DNA of 45,410 nt, filler included, from Sphacelaria rigidula (taxonomy: Eukaryota): NCBI GenBank assembly GCA_964200075.2. It is 2 parts of 2 records of this genome, joined end to end, with 100 filler letters (N's around TTAATTAATTAA, not from the genome) between each part and the next. Parts side by side here need not be neighbours in the genome. Positions count along the whole stretch, not along the records: positions 22,772 to 45,410 come from CAXNAA020000322.1; 1 more part is not named here. One strand, 5' to 3'. The position numbers and the translations under genes are program-made. This document shows, in pieces, positions 25,280-38,404 of the stretch. Within the stretch, counting starts at the first letter, position 1, and every line of letters starts with the position of its first letter. The notes under the pieces are model-generated. The model made no database searches. It saw only the letters and a program-made list of their open reading frames with translations, and had not been told where the DNA came from.

Positions 25280-25980
25280 TTCATCCGCACAAGGGCCCAA
25301 GGGGGCTGTCTCCCTCCCCCAAATACTGGGGGGACAACCCCCGGGAGAACCCTACATGCAGTACGGGATCTTCCACGCAAAGGAGCGCGACGGAAATGTT
25401 TCGTCTGCGGTGAAGAGGTTCAAAACGCACACGATTGGGTCACTGCGGCGAAGAGCATGGCCAAATGGCGTCTTGGAGTCGAGAAAGGGGCCGAGGAGTT
25501 CGAGGACACGTGGCGACGCGAAGACAAACAGGAATCGGACCGCCGCCACCAACGTGAGACTGCTGCGTCAAGAGCCGCCAATTGGAGAACCGCCCACCCC
25601 ACCGCCACCACAACAGCTCGCAGGGAATCCAAGATGGAGATAACCGAGAGAATGGCCCGCTCTGTACCTAACTAGGGATGAGTGTGGTTTTTGCGCAAGA
25701 CCTTTTCCACCAAAGCATGTATGTGGCAGAGGCCGGCCATTTTTAGTTTTTTTTTTTTTCTCATCTATTTGTTATGATATTTCCTCTCTATGTTTCTTTT
25801 TTTGTTGTTTCTCCCTCTTATTTTCCTTTCTTCGTCTCGTCTGTCTGTTCTACCTGTCTGTTTCCTTCCGTTTTCTCCAGCGAGTGTTTCCCTTTTGTTT
25901 TATATCTCGGTGACGTCTATCATGGGACCACGGCTAGATCCCTGGGGAACCAGCTAAAGCGCGGCAATCAGTCAATCAAA
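25280..25980 (+). mobile_element. 5'-truncated RTE-like LINE (ORF2 C-terminus, 3' UTR, CAAT tail)
   Basis: DWVTAAKSMAKWRLGVEKGAEEFEDTWRRED resembles the RTE C-terminal W..A....W...V..G motif; stop at 25675; T-rich UTR; caatcagtcaatcaa tail. Confidence 0.55.
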
Positions 25981-26519
25981 CTCTCTACGTGTTTCGCCCT
26001 CCTGCATTTCGACGGGATTCGTACAACGGCTATTACGGAAGGGATTTCATTTTCTTTTTTTTTCCGCGTTCGTTTTTCTTCTGTTCTCCCTCACCTTGCG
26101 TTTTGCGCCGTCGTGTTTCTCGACAGCTACGCTGTGCCCGAGGTCCTTCCATCTCCACGCACAATCACCGGTCGTGGAGCCATTGGTTGGAGCTCCGCCT
26201 GTTTCTCACACAGCAAGAAAGGCCAACATAATGATTTGCCGTTGTTGCAGCGAAGTACCTATTGTGTCACAAAAAAAAAAGTTGATGAAAATTTGATCTC
26301 ATCGCAGCATTCAAAGTGATACTTACATGTTATCTCTGATACATGAAATAAAAAATCTACTATTCCCAACAAGACCACTGCACAATTCATAGGTCAGCGA
26401 CCCACCGTCGAGCTCAACAGTACACGAATCGAGGAAATCTTTCACTATTACTTCTCCCTTACACACAACAGGCTCTCGTCAGAGGGTCGGGAGTAATTGA
26501 AGGCCGGAAAGTTTAATTA

Positions 26520-26940
26520 ACACGTGATTTTACGAATTGCGGGTGGATTTTGAGGATGAACCTTGGGATGAACCTTGGGAGCTTTCGTGAGCATCGAAAT
26601 ACTATCGGAATAAAAATGCAAATGCACTCTCCGGCCGTGATGTGTGGCCTCGCTCATCCTCAAAACAGTCCATCCGTAATTTGTAAAAATGGGGGATTCG
26701 TACCGAACACTGTCGGCCCCCATTGATTCCCGTACGAAAAGACTGCTCATATTTGTCGTGATCCCCCTCTTGACACGGAAATGTACAAATTGCGGATGCT
26801 TTTTTTGAGGATGAGCGAGGCCACACATCACGGCTAGGTGGTGCATTTGAATATTATTTTCGAGAATATTTCGACGCTTGTTAACGTTCCCAATGTTCAT
26901 CCTCAAAAACAAAATCCACCTGCAATTTGTAAAATCCCGT
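26520..26940. mobile_element. Foldback element
   Basis: Perfect 32-bp inverted repeat 26634-26665 / 26803-26834 nested in outer arms at ~26525-26567 / 26888-26938. Confidence 0.75.
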
Positions 26941-27931
26941 ATTGATTTGTTCATTCTTGTCCTCTTTACTTTAGTGCCTGCCGTACAGCTATCATACGGT
27001 AGGTGAAGCACGAGGGGGTCCCGTAGACTGGAATTTTCACCACCGTAGTCCCCCCTCCCCACCTCCCTCAGGGGAAAAACCGAAACTTGTATGCCCAAAA
27101 GCTGCATATACTAAACTCGAGTAAGTTGTTTACACGTACACTAAACCCGAATACATTGATGTTCTGTAGTCTGACGTTGTTTAGTGTTTAGTCTTGAATA
27201 TAGATCGTCTATACTTTACGTAAGAGATAGAAGTGACGGTACTGGAAGACTGGCCCACGTCTGTGACCACGGGTTCGGGAGGAAATAATAATAAAAACAA
27301 GGAGAAGACGACGAAGAAGGAGGATTATAATATAAGTACCAGTAATAATAAGAGTAGTAGTAGAGTGATGCTACTAAACACAAAGAAATTAGCGGGATCG
27401 TGCTAAAATTAAACTAAACCTGAGAGATACAGGCTGGGCCACCCAAGAGGCGGACCTTTTTTCAGCCGCGGTTCTAACTGGTGATGCATCGCAAGTTGTG
27501 CCTACTATAACACATCGTGGTAATCTGCAAATCAACGCGCGTCTTCACTCCACGTAGCACTACGATTCGACAAGTTCCCATCGAACGAAATACCAAACTA
27601 AAGCCAGCTGCGAAGTGTCGAGAGTTGAGGGTGATATGTGCGGCGGAATCAGGGGGGGAAAGCGGCTGAGATCATATTTTCGGTTACAGTCGGTTGTGCC
27701 GCGGCTGCAAAGTGGTGCTGCTGCACAAGTTGTGGTTGTACAATAATACATTTGGTACTGTAGGCGCGCAGTGTCTGAGGTGGCACGCAGACGAGGCCCC
27801 CAGCGCGCCGAGGCGTCTGGTGGTAGTATGCGCACCGGTGAGCAGTGAGTAAAAAGCTTGTAGAGAACGTCAAGGTTCCGGCTGAGGTTGTTGTACTTCA
27901 AAAGCAAGTCAACCGGTTCTCAAAAGAAAAG

Positions 27932-28216
27932 CGCGGTTTCGCTCGTCAACTTTAAGTCGTTTGGTGTAAAGTTTTGACACGATGTACACAAGGAATGTGC
28001 AAAGCCTCTACTGTTGTCTCTTCACTTTTTTTGTCTTTTTTTTTCGTGAGTCATCGGTAATCCAGATTTTGGAACAGTTTTTTTTTCGGGACAATCCTCG
28101 ACAACTCATTTGGGAAAAAAAGTCAAGGGGGGGAAAATGAGGGTCTTGAACCGTAGCTTAAGCACATCGTGTCAAAAGTTAAGAGAAAAAAAATGAATTT
28201 AAAGAGCGTAACCGCG
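27932..28216. mobile_element. MITE
   Basis: cgcggtttcgctc / gagcgtaaccgcg and ttttgacacgatgt / acatcgtgtcaaaa inverted pairs. Confidence 0.55.
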
Positions 28217-28262
28217 GTTCAGAGTTTCCTGTTTCCGTCGTGGCTGGTCCATCTCCACATGT

Positions 28263-28548
28263 CGCGATAATACTGCTCTATTCTGGGTCGTATACTACGA
28301 AATTTTGACACAAAAAACATACAGGACGTATGTGCGAAGGCCGCATCTTTCCTTCCTTGCGTTTCTTTTCCCCGTGAGTTACTGGCGACGGAACATTTCA
28401 GAACAGTTTTCAAAAACTAAATCGCAAATAACTCGCGAAGAAAAAAAATGTAGCGGGAGGAAAGATGGGGTCTTCTTCGCACACACGTCCTGTACACCGT
28501 GCCGAGAATTTTATTCGAAACGACCCAAAATTGAGCAGTATGATCTCG
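28263..28548. mobile_element. Foldback MITE
   Basis: ~90-bp imperfect inverted arms (atactgctc..gggtcgt..tacaggacgtatgtgcgaag vs cttcgcacacacgtcctgta..acgaccc..gagcagtat). Confidence 0.65.
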
Positions 28549-29169
28549 TCAGTATTCCTGGTCGCCTCTTGGGCGGCCCAGCCCGTACCGCATTCTTTGC
28601 GGTTGAGTAATTTTGGTCCTTGTCTTGGATGTAGGCTGACCATACCGTCGTCAAGTGATCAATGCCGACCTTTACTTGATCCAAGTACATCAAATACAGG
28701 GACACTTAACCGTTGGCTGTTGTCTTGGATATAGTATTGATACTTTATTCGTGTATTAAGACTGTCTACACTTGATCTTAGTGATTGAGGGTCTATACAA
28801 AACTCAAGTGGCTTGTGTACTTGTACACTAAACCCAAGTTATGTCCTCTTTCAAACACTGGTCTAAAGTTAAGCAACGGGTTTTGATTGTCATCTCCATA
28901 CTGCAGCATAACCAGTTGACTTGGGTATCAGCACGACATTTCCTGGATACCACCCCCTGAACCCCCCCACCTCCCCCTACCCGCCCCCAAACCGACCGAG
29001 TTTCAACTTTCGAGGGTATGTTGATCCCAATTTACACCACCACACGTTCACCGACTTTCACAAGCAACCGACAGCGGTAACTCTAACACGGTGCAGTGCT
29101 CATTGGTGTCAGCCCTTGAGGAACCAATGCCGTCGGAAGGGTGTGTGAAATCGCTTCTTGTAATGGCCT

Positions 29170-32100
29170 CAGTTTACAAAAAGCACATGTTCTTTCTCAA
29201 AGCGCTCCAGATTCTTGCAAGCGCACACGCCCACCTGTCTCTCCAAATACGAATTTGCCCGGATTTGAGCAGCCGAAGTCCTCTCAAGCGTGCACACGTT
29301 TGCACCGTATATGATACCCCGTAGTCCGTGTTTTCACTATATTGCCTACAAAAACATCGACGAACAACCATTAAGTAGACACCGATACCGCTTGGCGCGG
29401 GACTATTCACCTCCTTCGGCGTCAGGCATCTTTTCGGAACAACATCAACGGCAGACTGCAACTCGGGAGCAAGGGATGGATAGCATGCTTCTTTGCGCAA
29501 GTATCCACTCATATAACAACGCACTGTGTTTCTCACACTTTCTAGTATCTTATTTTTGCGATTTTGTTCACCTAAGGCAGTCGTTTCCCCCATTTTCCCA
29601 GCAGTTCACGTATCGTCCACCTCAAGGCTCTGCCGCCGACGGGATGATCGGATAATGATCCTCACATTAGCCTCTTTCAGACCCGTTATCGCAGGAAACG
29701 TGGAGGTGCGGGCCCGCCAAAGCTACTCCGTGGTAAACATACCTATTGATATAATGAAGGCATGCAATACTGTACTCTACCGCGCTGCACCGCAACTTGT
29801 CTTGAAACTTGAGCTCTACAAGAAACCTATGTGATAGTTTGACTCCTGCAGCATCCAGGGACAGAAGACGTCACGACACATCAACATGCGCGCATGCGTC
29901 CGTTCCTCATTCATGAGGAGGGGGCACACAACGCTCAGCTCTGTCAACAGAAGACAGCGGCTGATCATTATTTACCATGAAGTAGCCGCCTTAATAATCG
30001 AACCGCGACCCTAGCCCTGACGTCGACCCGAACCGCGATCCAACCTCATGCACTTCGCGGTGTACTCGCATGGGGCTCGGTACAAAACAGTAGCGATTCA
30101 ATACCCCACCCCCCTCCCCCGAAAGAAAAAGCGAAGAGAGGACTGCTGAACTCGGGGTCCCATACTGTACTGTAGTAGGCTACTTTTCAACAAAAGGCTG
30201 CACTCGCCCCATCAGAGTTCTACAGGAAGTAGTACGTGCGAATTAATGGAACGCTCGATAGGCAAACATGTTCGCTCACTCGTGCGTGCGCGTACTGCAC
30301 TGCATTATCGTACAGACAGTACTGTAGGTACAATGCAGAAAAGTACATATAGATGTGACGGTACGATGGTAACACACGAGGCACCAAGCGTGTCGGGATC
30401 TAACTATCCGCAAGTTTTCCAGCGTTATCATGAAGGAAGAGGGCGAGAAACAGCTCTCGGACTGACCCATGAAAGAACAGGTCGATTTAGCTGCTTGCCT
30501 GCCGTTGGCGGTACAGAGGTGGTAGATCCGGATAGCACCGCCGTTGTCCGTAGTATTTAGGCCATCTCGAATGGGGAGTTAAATTTTTCTTGGTTGGATT
30601 TTTCAGTCTTAGAACATTTGACATAGATGTTGGGCCCCGAGCAGAGGATGTGTCCTGGACACTGTGCATCTCTTCACTGAGTGGAGTCCAGTCCACTTCT
30701 CCGATTTGCTGGACTCCGACATTCCAAGAAAGTCCTCTGTAAAAGGATCCAACTGGACATATAACAAATACGGTGAAAATTCACTACTTTCCGGGCTGTG
30801 TTTCCCGGCCTGCAGTTGGTGGGGTCCCTTGCTGTTCAACAATGTTGTGAACCCCAACATGGAAATTGACTTCCAAATTTGTATGAAGAGTGTACCTACG
30901 CGCCAGCTTGACGAGAGTATGGGCATACTGTTGTTCTCATGATCATGTGCATAATGATTCCGATGATTCTACGATGCCTCATCACCAGGGGTGTTAAACA
31001 AAGTGACATACACTACTGTTGTTGTGTAACCACAAGAACCACGTGCAACACGGTCTCGTGATGGCCTTCGGGAAGATGTAAGCCGGTCATATGGTCGTTG
31101 GGAAGATGTATGCGGGCAATGAAAGCATAAAACGATTATTGTATGTGTGTTGTAGGTTTTACCGCATCGTGATTCATCTGGTATTTACTGGTGGCACGTA
31201 CACATGCACAGACGCGCTTTCTAACATCTGACTCGGGGAAACTCGCAACGAAGCGATTCCGATTTCCATGCAGGGGTGTGCTCTTCTGTTGTGCCGCATT
31301 CCTGATATCTTTTTGAACGAGCTAGGAACATTCGTGTTTGGGTGTTTCTCGGGGTAGAACATTGGAGCGATCCCGATTTTCATGTAGGAGAAGGGGTAGG
31401 GATGGGTGATGTGATGCGTCGGCTGTTGTGTCGCATCCCTGATGCCTTCGCGAACGGGCGAGGAATTCTTGCGTTCGTGTATTTCTTTCGGCATGCCGAA
31501 CTCAAGGTTCTGCCCTCTGTCCCAAGGCGCCTTCCTGACCATTTGCGGTAAGCTGATGTGAGGAGCAGTGTAGTTCGCGGTTGACCAAACCTTCTCGTTC
31601 TACATCGTGGGCAGCATAAATCAGCAAACTGCGCACACCTATACTGCTGGTAGTACAATACGGTATTGGATTTCAAGGTACTGGTCGCACAGTACTACTG
31701 TACTGTACTCGTCCGTCTGCCTGCGTCAAACAGGTGTACGCTTGGGTACCGTTACTGACGACCAAGCCGTCCTCAAGTTCGTGCCAAATTGGCCTCACCC
31801 CTCAGCCCTAGCAGAGATCACAACAACTCGCACACGCCACCACACTTACCGTTGGAAAAAGCAGACATCGCTTGCTTCAGGTCGATCGAACCACCACCGA
31901 TCACGCTCTCCAGTGGATACTGTACGCGGGTTGTGGGTAGCTAGCTGGCTCGCGATAACGAGCGGATTGGTCGTTCTGTCCCGTTGTCGTGTATTATCTC
32001 GCTCTGAGAAAACGATTCTCCGAGTAAATGTGAGCTGCGCCAGAGAAGGATCATTTTGGGAGGTTTCACATTTTTGTAGTTGAAATTTCGAAATACGATC

Positions 32101-33650
32101 AGTACAATACCCGCGCCGTGACAGACTGAGGACTTTTCAATCGAAAAAACTGGAAATCTTTGGAAGGTTCAGTCACCGATCAACAACTGACGTTTGGAAG
32201 GTCCATGTGAAATTTTGATACGATATTCTCCACATTGGGCATTGGGCAGCGCATCTCATATTTATATCACAGTAGCAGTAGTGGTTCTGCGATCGCGGGT
32301 ATAGAAGAATGTGCTCCATTCTAAAATAAACATATAATTAGCAGCACACCCAACGGTCGGCAGGTCGGTCGAGAGAAAAAATAATTCTCGTACACGAAGC
32401 ACCCATCCCCCCGTCCTCCCTCCTCTCCAAGGGCAATTTTTCGAAAATTGTCATTATTTTCGAGATTTTCTTTTGAGACTTTTTTTTGTTGTTGACATCG
32501 TTGTTGAAAGAAATTGATTCACAAACACTGACAAAAAATGAAAGTCTGGCGGGCTTTGCGACGTGCGTATATTATTTACTTCTGCTCCTTGCCCGCCCTG
32601 TCCCGATGATCTCGGATGCCGGCAACGCTCACACACATCCATGTACAGTACACGAGTGCACGGTAGCGACAGCCTGTAGCCAAAGTAGCAGCATTATTTC
32701 ACGCCTGGCCAGATTTTCCCGGCCTACTAGTAGTGGTAGATAGTCGAGGTAAACGACTCGAAATACGATCCCCGAAAAAATAATGTAATCATGATAGGTC
32801 ATGAGCTTGGAGGGGCGGTGTGTCCGTCATTTCAGCGGTCTCCATGCGGAGGATCGATGTACACGGCAGCTGACCGCATTCGCCAACGCCTCGTCAATAA
32901 ACTCGGGGACAGCAGGCTGGGTGCCCCCCGTCCTCACCCCCGTCCCCTCAAAAACTCGAACTTTCGATCTTGGGGCTTACGTGTCCCGAAACATATATTT
33001 GACAGACCCTTGGCACACGATATGAATTTGTGAAGTTGTGCGATAGTTGTCTGATGCCCCGTGTGTAGAGTGCTTGGTCGTCTTCGCCATTGCATCTTTG
33101 AGCAATTTCTGTCGCGGTACCAACTGTATTTTTACCGCAAGATACGCCAACCCTGGCCAGGCGGTGGGCATCATATGTGAATCCTCTGTACGGCACTGAT
33201 CAATACGAGCCATCTTGAATAAAAAAAGCACGACGGTCAACAATAGAGAGCCAACACCATTGATACCGATTTAGCCCTTTCCCGGGGGTCGTGCCATCCG
33301 GGCAGCATGAAACATTGCACAACTACGACGAAGCCCAGACCTAGCCTGGATAAGAAAAACACCAAACAATTATATTTTGTTGGCCTCTCTGCGGTACATG
33401 GGGCTGAAGTAGGGCACGCGTGTCCATCAACACAGAAATCGCGGAGTGTGAGCATGTTGGAAGATGACATTTTGCCTTGTACATAGAGTAGCATCTATCA
33501 GAGCTGTTTGGAAGAGATTTTTTATCGCTGGTTTGTGCGTTGTACTGGGTTGAATTGAGCCATATTTCGTCGAGGATATGGATCGAGATAAATAATACAG
33601 CGGTATATCAGAATCATTGCGGTGTATTGCTCTTCCAGCTTTTTTTGACT
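29170..33650 (-). pseudogene. P-element/THAP9-like transposase relic, interrupted by insertions
   Basis: Collinear motifs: ILDEIWLNSTQYNAQT (~33570), GFVVVVQCF (~33320), SD-x-SH (~33050), HITHPYPFSYMKIGIA (~31400), QLDPFTEDFLG (~30735), YMSGYLRK (~29510). Confidence 0.6.
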
Positions 33651-33842
33651 CCATCATATCTCGTTTTTGGGATGGTGGTTAAGAACGTGATTTAAAGCGG
33701 CTGTACTTTGGGCACTGGAGCATGACATTCGACCCGTTTGAGATGCGGCGACCATTTTTGTTCTTCGTTCTCCCCGCTAGCAATAAAACCCATCAGCAGC
33801 AGAAGCAAGAGAGAAGTGTAGTTTGTGGAGAGTAGGAGCAGC

Positions 33843-33938
33843 ATGGTTCGCTCGTGTGCTGTTGTTGTTGCTTCTTTCTTAGCTGCTTCACTTTCCGCGG
33901 TACTAGTCAATGGAGAGGTCGTCGATGTCACGGGAGAG
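33843..33938 (+). CDS. PDI: Protein disulfide isomerase (ERp38/PDIL2-1 type), exon 1: signal peptide and start of thioredoxin domain a
   Basis: ATG..MVRSCAVVVASFLAASLSAVLVNG-EVVDVTGE, a hydrophobic signal peptide; donor GAG|gtatgt, phase 0; joins in frame to NFSKVVDG of exon 2. Confidence 0.8.
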
Positions 33939-35325
33939 GTATGTCGATGTCACAAAATGCAAAGAGGTCGGTCGCCACACGTGACTGAGGTTGACACCCT
34001 TGATATGTGGCAACCGGTTTTCTCGAGATCTAAGAAACTGCATTCGCGATAGATCGCTTGTCAGCGGACTATTTCGATGAGACCTTGCCAGTAATCTTGC
34101 CTTCGTTCTTATGGCTGTCATGCTTACCTGGAAAGTTGGCTGAAAAATCAAGGTTCAAGAGCGTTCCCTTGGGCGGGGTGACAGGGGGGGACAGTGGGGG
34201 GGGGGGGGGGGGCCTAACCCCCCTTTCGCCTGTACCGGAATTTTTGTNNNNNNNNNNGGGGGGGTGAGTGGGGGTGTTTGGTCGGAGTCGCGGATTTGGG
34301 CGGGGCGGGGGGGGGGTGCTATACCCCGCTATCGCCTGTACACGAATTTTTGTTCTGATTCGCCGAGGGCCGGTTATATCGAAAACTCAGCCCACTAGAC
34401 ATACATGGATAGGGTGTAGCGTTGTGATTCGAAGCATCGACCCACGATCAGGATACCCAACTCGTGGTGTGAGGTTTGATTTTGCAATATTTTTTCATTG
34501 GTTGATGTACGCTGTATGTCGTAGCCACGTCTTCCAGATAATATTGGCATCTTCGACGGCCAACTACTAACTAATGTACTCGGCGTCTCGAACTCTTGAA
34601 ATCTTGGAAAGGTCCCCGGGATACAGAAGTAGAGGGAGGCAAACACGGTACTCCAAGCACTCTGAAATTCCTGATTATGAGTAGTGTTCCCTACTTAATA
34701 CTCAGTCCTACGTACTTCACCGTACCTGGAGTACCGGTTCTCCGAAATACTGCGCATCCCTGAGTACCTAGCGTAGGTTGCGCCTTGAGGATTTGCAAGG
34801 CTTTCCTCGGAACCGGTTTTGGAGAGTGATGATGTACGGTACTGTACTGTCCAAGGACAGGTTTCTTCTTTCTTCTTTTGCTTTTCACCTTTTTTGTTTT
34901 TGTTTTTGTTTTGTTGTGTTTTTCTTGTATCGCGTCTGTGTGATTTTTCGTGAGCCCGATTTTATTTCCTGATTTTCCTTTTACCCGGACATGGGGTGGT
35001 AGCATGTGACCACGGAAGACGTCCTAGTCAGATGCCCAGTACAGCACTGCGCAGATACCGGAACGACTTTTTAATGTGAAGACAACAACAACCGTACTCC
35101 TACAGTATGGTACTTGACCTTTGCGGTACCACGGCGGTGGACGGTGCCTGGTACCTGTACAGTGCGGTGCATACATTGCGGTATTTTGTTATCGTGGATC
35201 GTATGGCATCTCGGTGTCTGGTTTCCCGAAAGTGCGGTACGTATCTACGCGGTAAAATGTTGATAACGAGAGGACTGCGGTAAACCGAAACCATGATACC
35301 CCGTTACAGAAAATCGCGATGGTAA

Positions 35326-35466
35326 GACCAATTTGTATGCCAATCAATCCGTATTTGTACTAATATGAGGATTTCAGCCCGTGTATATCCGGGAGAAAAT
35401 CGGATATACACGGGCTGAAATCATCATATTTGTACCAACACGGATTGGTTGCCATACAAATTGGTC
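35326..35466. repeat. Near-perfect 141-bp hairpin in PDI intron 1
   Basis: gaccaatttgtatg..gatttcagcccgtgtatatccg / cggatatacacgggctgaaatc..catacaaattggtc with a 9-nt loop. Confidence 0.9.
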
Positions 35467-36322
35467 CAAGGCCCATGATTATTGATACTGTTTTTTCTGA
35501 GATCCTCCATTTTTCAGGCGTTTTCAGACCCGGCGCTCAGCTATCTCCAAAAACGAAGCGGGTTCATTTTTTCTCCGAAGCTTCATGTCAAGAAAAGTCT
35601 GAAGACTTGAAACTGCAGCGTAACAGTTCGCAGCGCTGCCCTGTGAGAACGCCATGGCGCTCGAAAGCGTGCGAGAGTCATCAGGAACCTTGCTAGTGAC
35701 ACCCTAGATCATGTAGAGTAAAACGTATCGTGGGTTGGCGATGCCTATTTTCTCAGGCGGTGTGTGCGTCGGCAGTGGTGGTCGTGCTGTTCGGGTCAAG
35801 CACGGTGGTCGTAGTTTTGCGGACACATGCGAACTTTCGAACTGATGAGCGGAAACAATCCACCAGCTACCTACTTGCCCGCTGTGCTGCTACGAGTGTA
35901 CGCTACCGCACCGTCTGTAAAGTCTGTAGCTGGTGGTATAGTGGGTGTATCTGCGCATAAAACCGACAGAAAGCAAGCATGCTGCAATATTTGTACTCAG
36001 CAATCTATAGTCGTTTTTTTTTCTTGTGCTGCTGCTACATTCCGGGAGGGCAGGTCGATCACGCCCTCGCCTTACCGCCTGCCCCCACCATTTAACAGAG
36101 AATTTGTGAGGAAGATTTTTGCCGTAGTTGTGAAGGTCATACACGGGTAGGCAGCATCATCCTGTCCTTCATTTTGCCGGCGGAGGCAAGCAAACGACGA
36201 CATCAGCACTATGTCCGCCATGAGATAACTAGCAGCATCAGCAGATCTTGATGATAATGGGCAGTTGGGAGCTCTCCTGAAGCTCAGGACCCATCTAAAA
36301 AAACGTATCTTTGATATCAGTA

Positions 36323-36596
36323 GGCCTCATTATCGACACTTTTTTTTCGGAGATCTCCGAAATTTTCGGCACTGGCAAGGTACCTGATGACTCTCGAACG
36401 CTTGCGAGCGCCACGGTGTACACATAGAGCAGCTTTTCAAAGTGCTGCGTTGCTGTTTGAACTTTTCGGACTTGCTCAAGAATGAAGCTCCCGAGAAAAA
36501 AATCAAGCCGCTTCCTTTTCGTAGAAGTCCGGACGCAGAGTCCGAAAACTCCGAAAATTTCCGAGATGTCCGGGAAAACTGTGTCGATCATGATGG
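36323..36596. mobile_element. MITE in PDI intron 1; a diverged partial copy in opposite orientation lies at 35469-35698
   Basis: TIR cattatcgacac..cggagatctccgaaattttcgg / ccgaaaatttccgagatgtccg..gtgtcgatcatg; shared block gagagtcatcagg(a/t)accttgc. Confidence 0.7.
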
Positions 36597-37771
36597 AGCT
36601 AATGGGCATGCTGCACTGTACATGTGTTTTCATGTCCGCGTCTACATTTTTCGATCAACGAAATGCGTCATATCCCTGGAAAATAATCATCGCGCAGACA
36701 CGGAAAGAAACTGAAACAAGACTCGTGTGGCGAAATGTCGAGCGCGGCACGAAAACCAGTCAAGCGTTTATTTCGGTGTACACTAGTCCAAGATACAGAA
36801 GCAAAGTCATAACGTACAAATGACAACAATCAACGCTTTGTACAAGACGGCACGAAGCAACAACGCCACAAAAGACAGAAGCACAAAGCGCAAGTGCATC
36901 CACCGGCAATCGCAACAATATGAGGAAACAGCAAAATACGTGGGGGGGTACGACACAGCCGAGAATAAGAAATACGAAAACTGATTCATGAACGGGTATT
37001 TTGGATATGTAGAAGACGTTCAAGCAACGGCATATTCATGTGAAACCTGGTCGTGACCATTATGTCAGATCCTGAACCATTTTTTCTGGTCTCTACAATG
37101 CGGGGCCGCTTTTATCGTGCCTCTTGACGACGTGAGTTTACCCCAGTTCGTATCCCCGAATCAATAGTTGACACGTTTCTAAAATAACACCAACGATAAC
37201 GCTAACCCCAACCCGAAACATTACGAGAATTCTCGGGTAGGGGAGATGCGAAGGTTGCCCGAGGCAAAGTGTGCGGAAGCAGACCTTAAATCTACGCATA
37301 ATTCGATGATCACGTTCTGGTCCAGTCTACGCACGCTGGGAGCACTCGGAGCGGTCAGCCTCACGAAGAATCCGAGCATCGGTGTTCCTAGTAAAATCGA
37401 ATGTGGTTCAACCGTGGGTTTTGGGAATACGAACGGGGGTAAATTCTACTGGTCGTAGCCTCTCTTTTTATTTTTATTCTTAGGTGGTTCTATTACTTGT
37501 GTTGGGTGTGTGGATGCGTGTGTATTTGTTATGCGCTTGACTGCAAAACTACGGAATTGTCATCTCTCAAGTGAGTTCATGTGCGGGGGCGAATGTGGAT
37601 GTTTGTGGCTTGAAGTAACGTTAGTCGAAGGCGTACAGAAAATTGTCGGGTGCAACGGACATCCAAGAATGTTTCGACTGGCTTTGTTCACTTGTTTTAT
37701 TTTTTTTTTGTTTGTTGCCTACCCATGTTTCGCGATTGCGCTTGTCTCTTTTGTTTTCTTTTTTCCTTCAG

Positions 37772-37835
37772 AACTTCAGCAAGGTGGTAGATGGCAGCAA
37801 TCACGTCCTCCTGGAGTTTTACGCTCCGTGGTGCG
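37772..37835 (+). CDS. PDI: PDI exon 2 (NFSKVVDGSNHVLLEFYAPWC-G)
   Basis: Pyrimidine tract plus cag acceptor, gtgag donor, 64 bp (phase 0 to 1); EFYAPWC thioredoxin motif. Confidence 0.93.
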
Positions 37836-38321
37836 GTGAGTTCGCCACAATGCACATGTCGCCATCCAGACAGGAGCCTCTTTCGGCGTTTCTTCATCGC
37901 TTCGAAATGCATCATGACATATTACTGAAGATTTCATTGCCTGAACTTTTTTTGTCCGCTCGAAACCATGGGTATTGAAAAGGGGGGTAGACTCAGGTAT
38001 CATCGAGGTGTCCACACAAGATGCCACCCGACGCCGTACATGTAACAAAACGTCATACAAGGCGATGTCCTTGTTGGTTTGGAAATATCCCACGTTGTTG
38101 CAACCGCATGAACTTGAAACAAGGAACATATTGGATCTCACTCACTGACACTGATCTAGCGACTGTGTCCCCAGTTATCCTCACGCATATGCAATGTATC
38201 GATCTCCGGCATGAGCAACCCCTTTTTTTTTGTTTTGTGCGCGACCCTTTGCTGTGCTTCGGCCTGCTGCCCGGGGTGCTGCTTCACGTCGTACTTCCTC
38301 GTCCCCCCCCCAAAAAAAAAG

Positions 38322-38404
38322 GTCACTGCAAAAAGCTTGCTCCGGAGTACGAGATTTTGGGGTCGCAGTTCAGCGGGGAGAAGGACGGCGTTGTGATTGC
38401 CAAG
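38322..38404 (+). CDS. PDI: PDI exon 3 (G-HCKKLAPEYEILGSQFSGEKDGVVIAK)
   Basis: aag acceptor, gtgtgt donor, 83 bp (phase 1 to 0); completes the first WCGHC. Confidence 0.92.

Noticed and set aside
26517..27107. 196-aa minus-strand ORF
   Set aside because: Overlaps a palindromic foldback element and has no protein-like motifs
34200..34360. Direct duplication around an N gap (same pattern at 39420-39690)
   Set aside because: Flanks Ns and homopolymers; may be an unmerged assembly overlap
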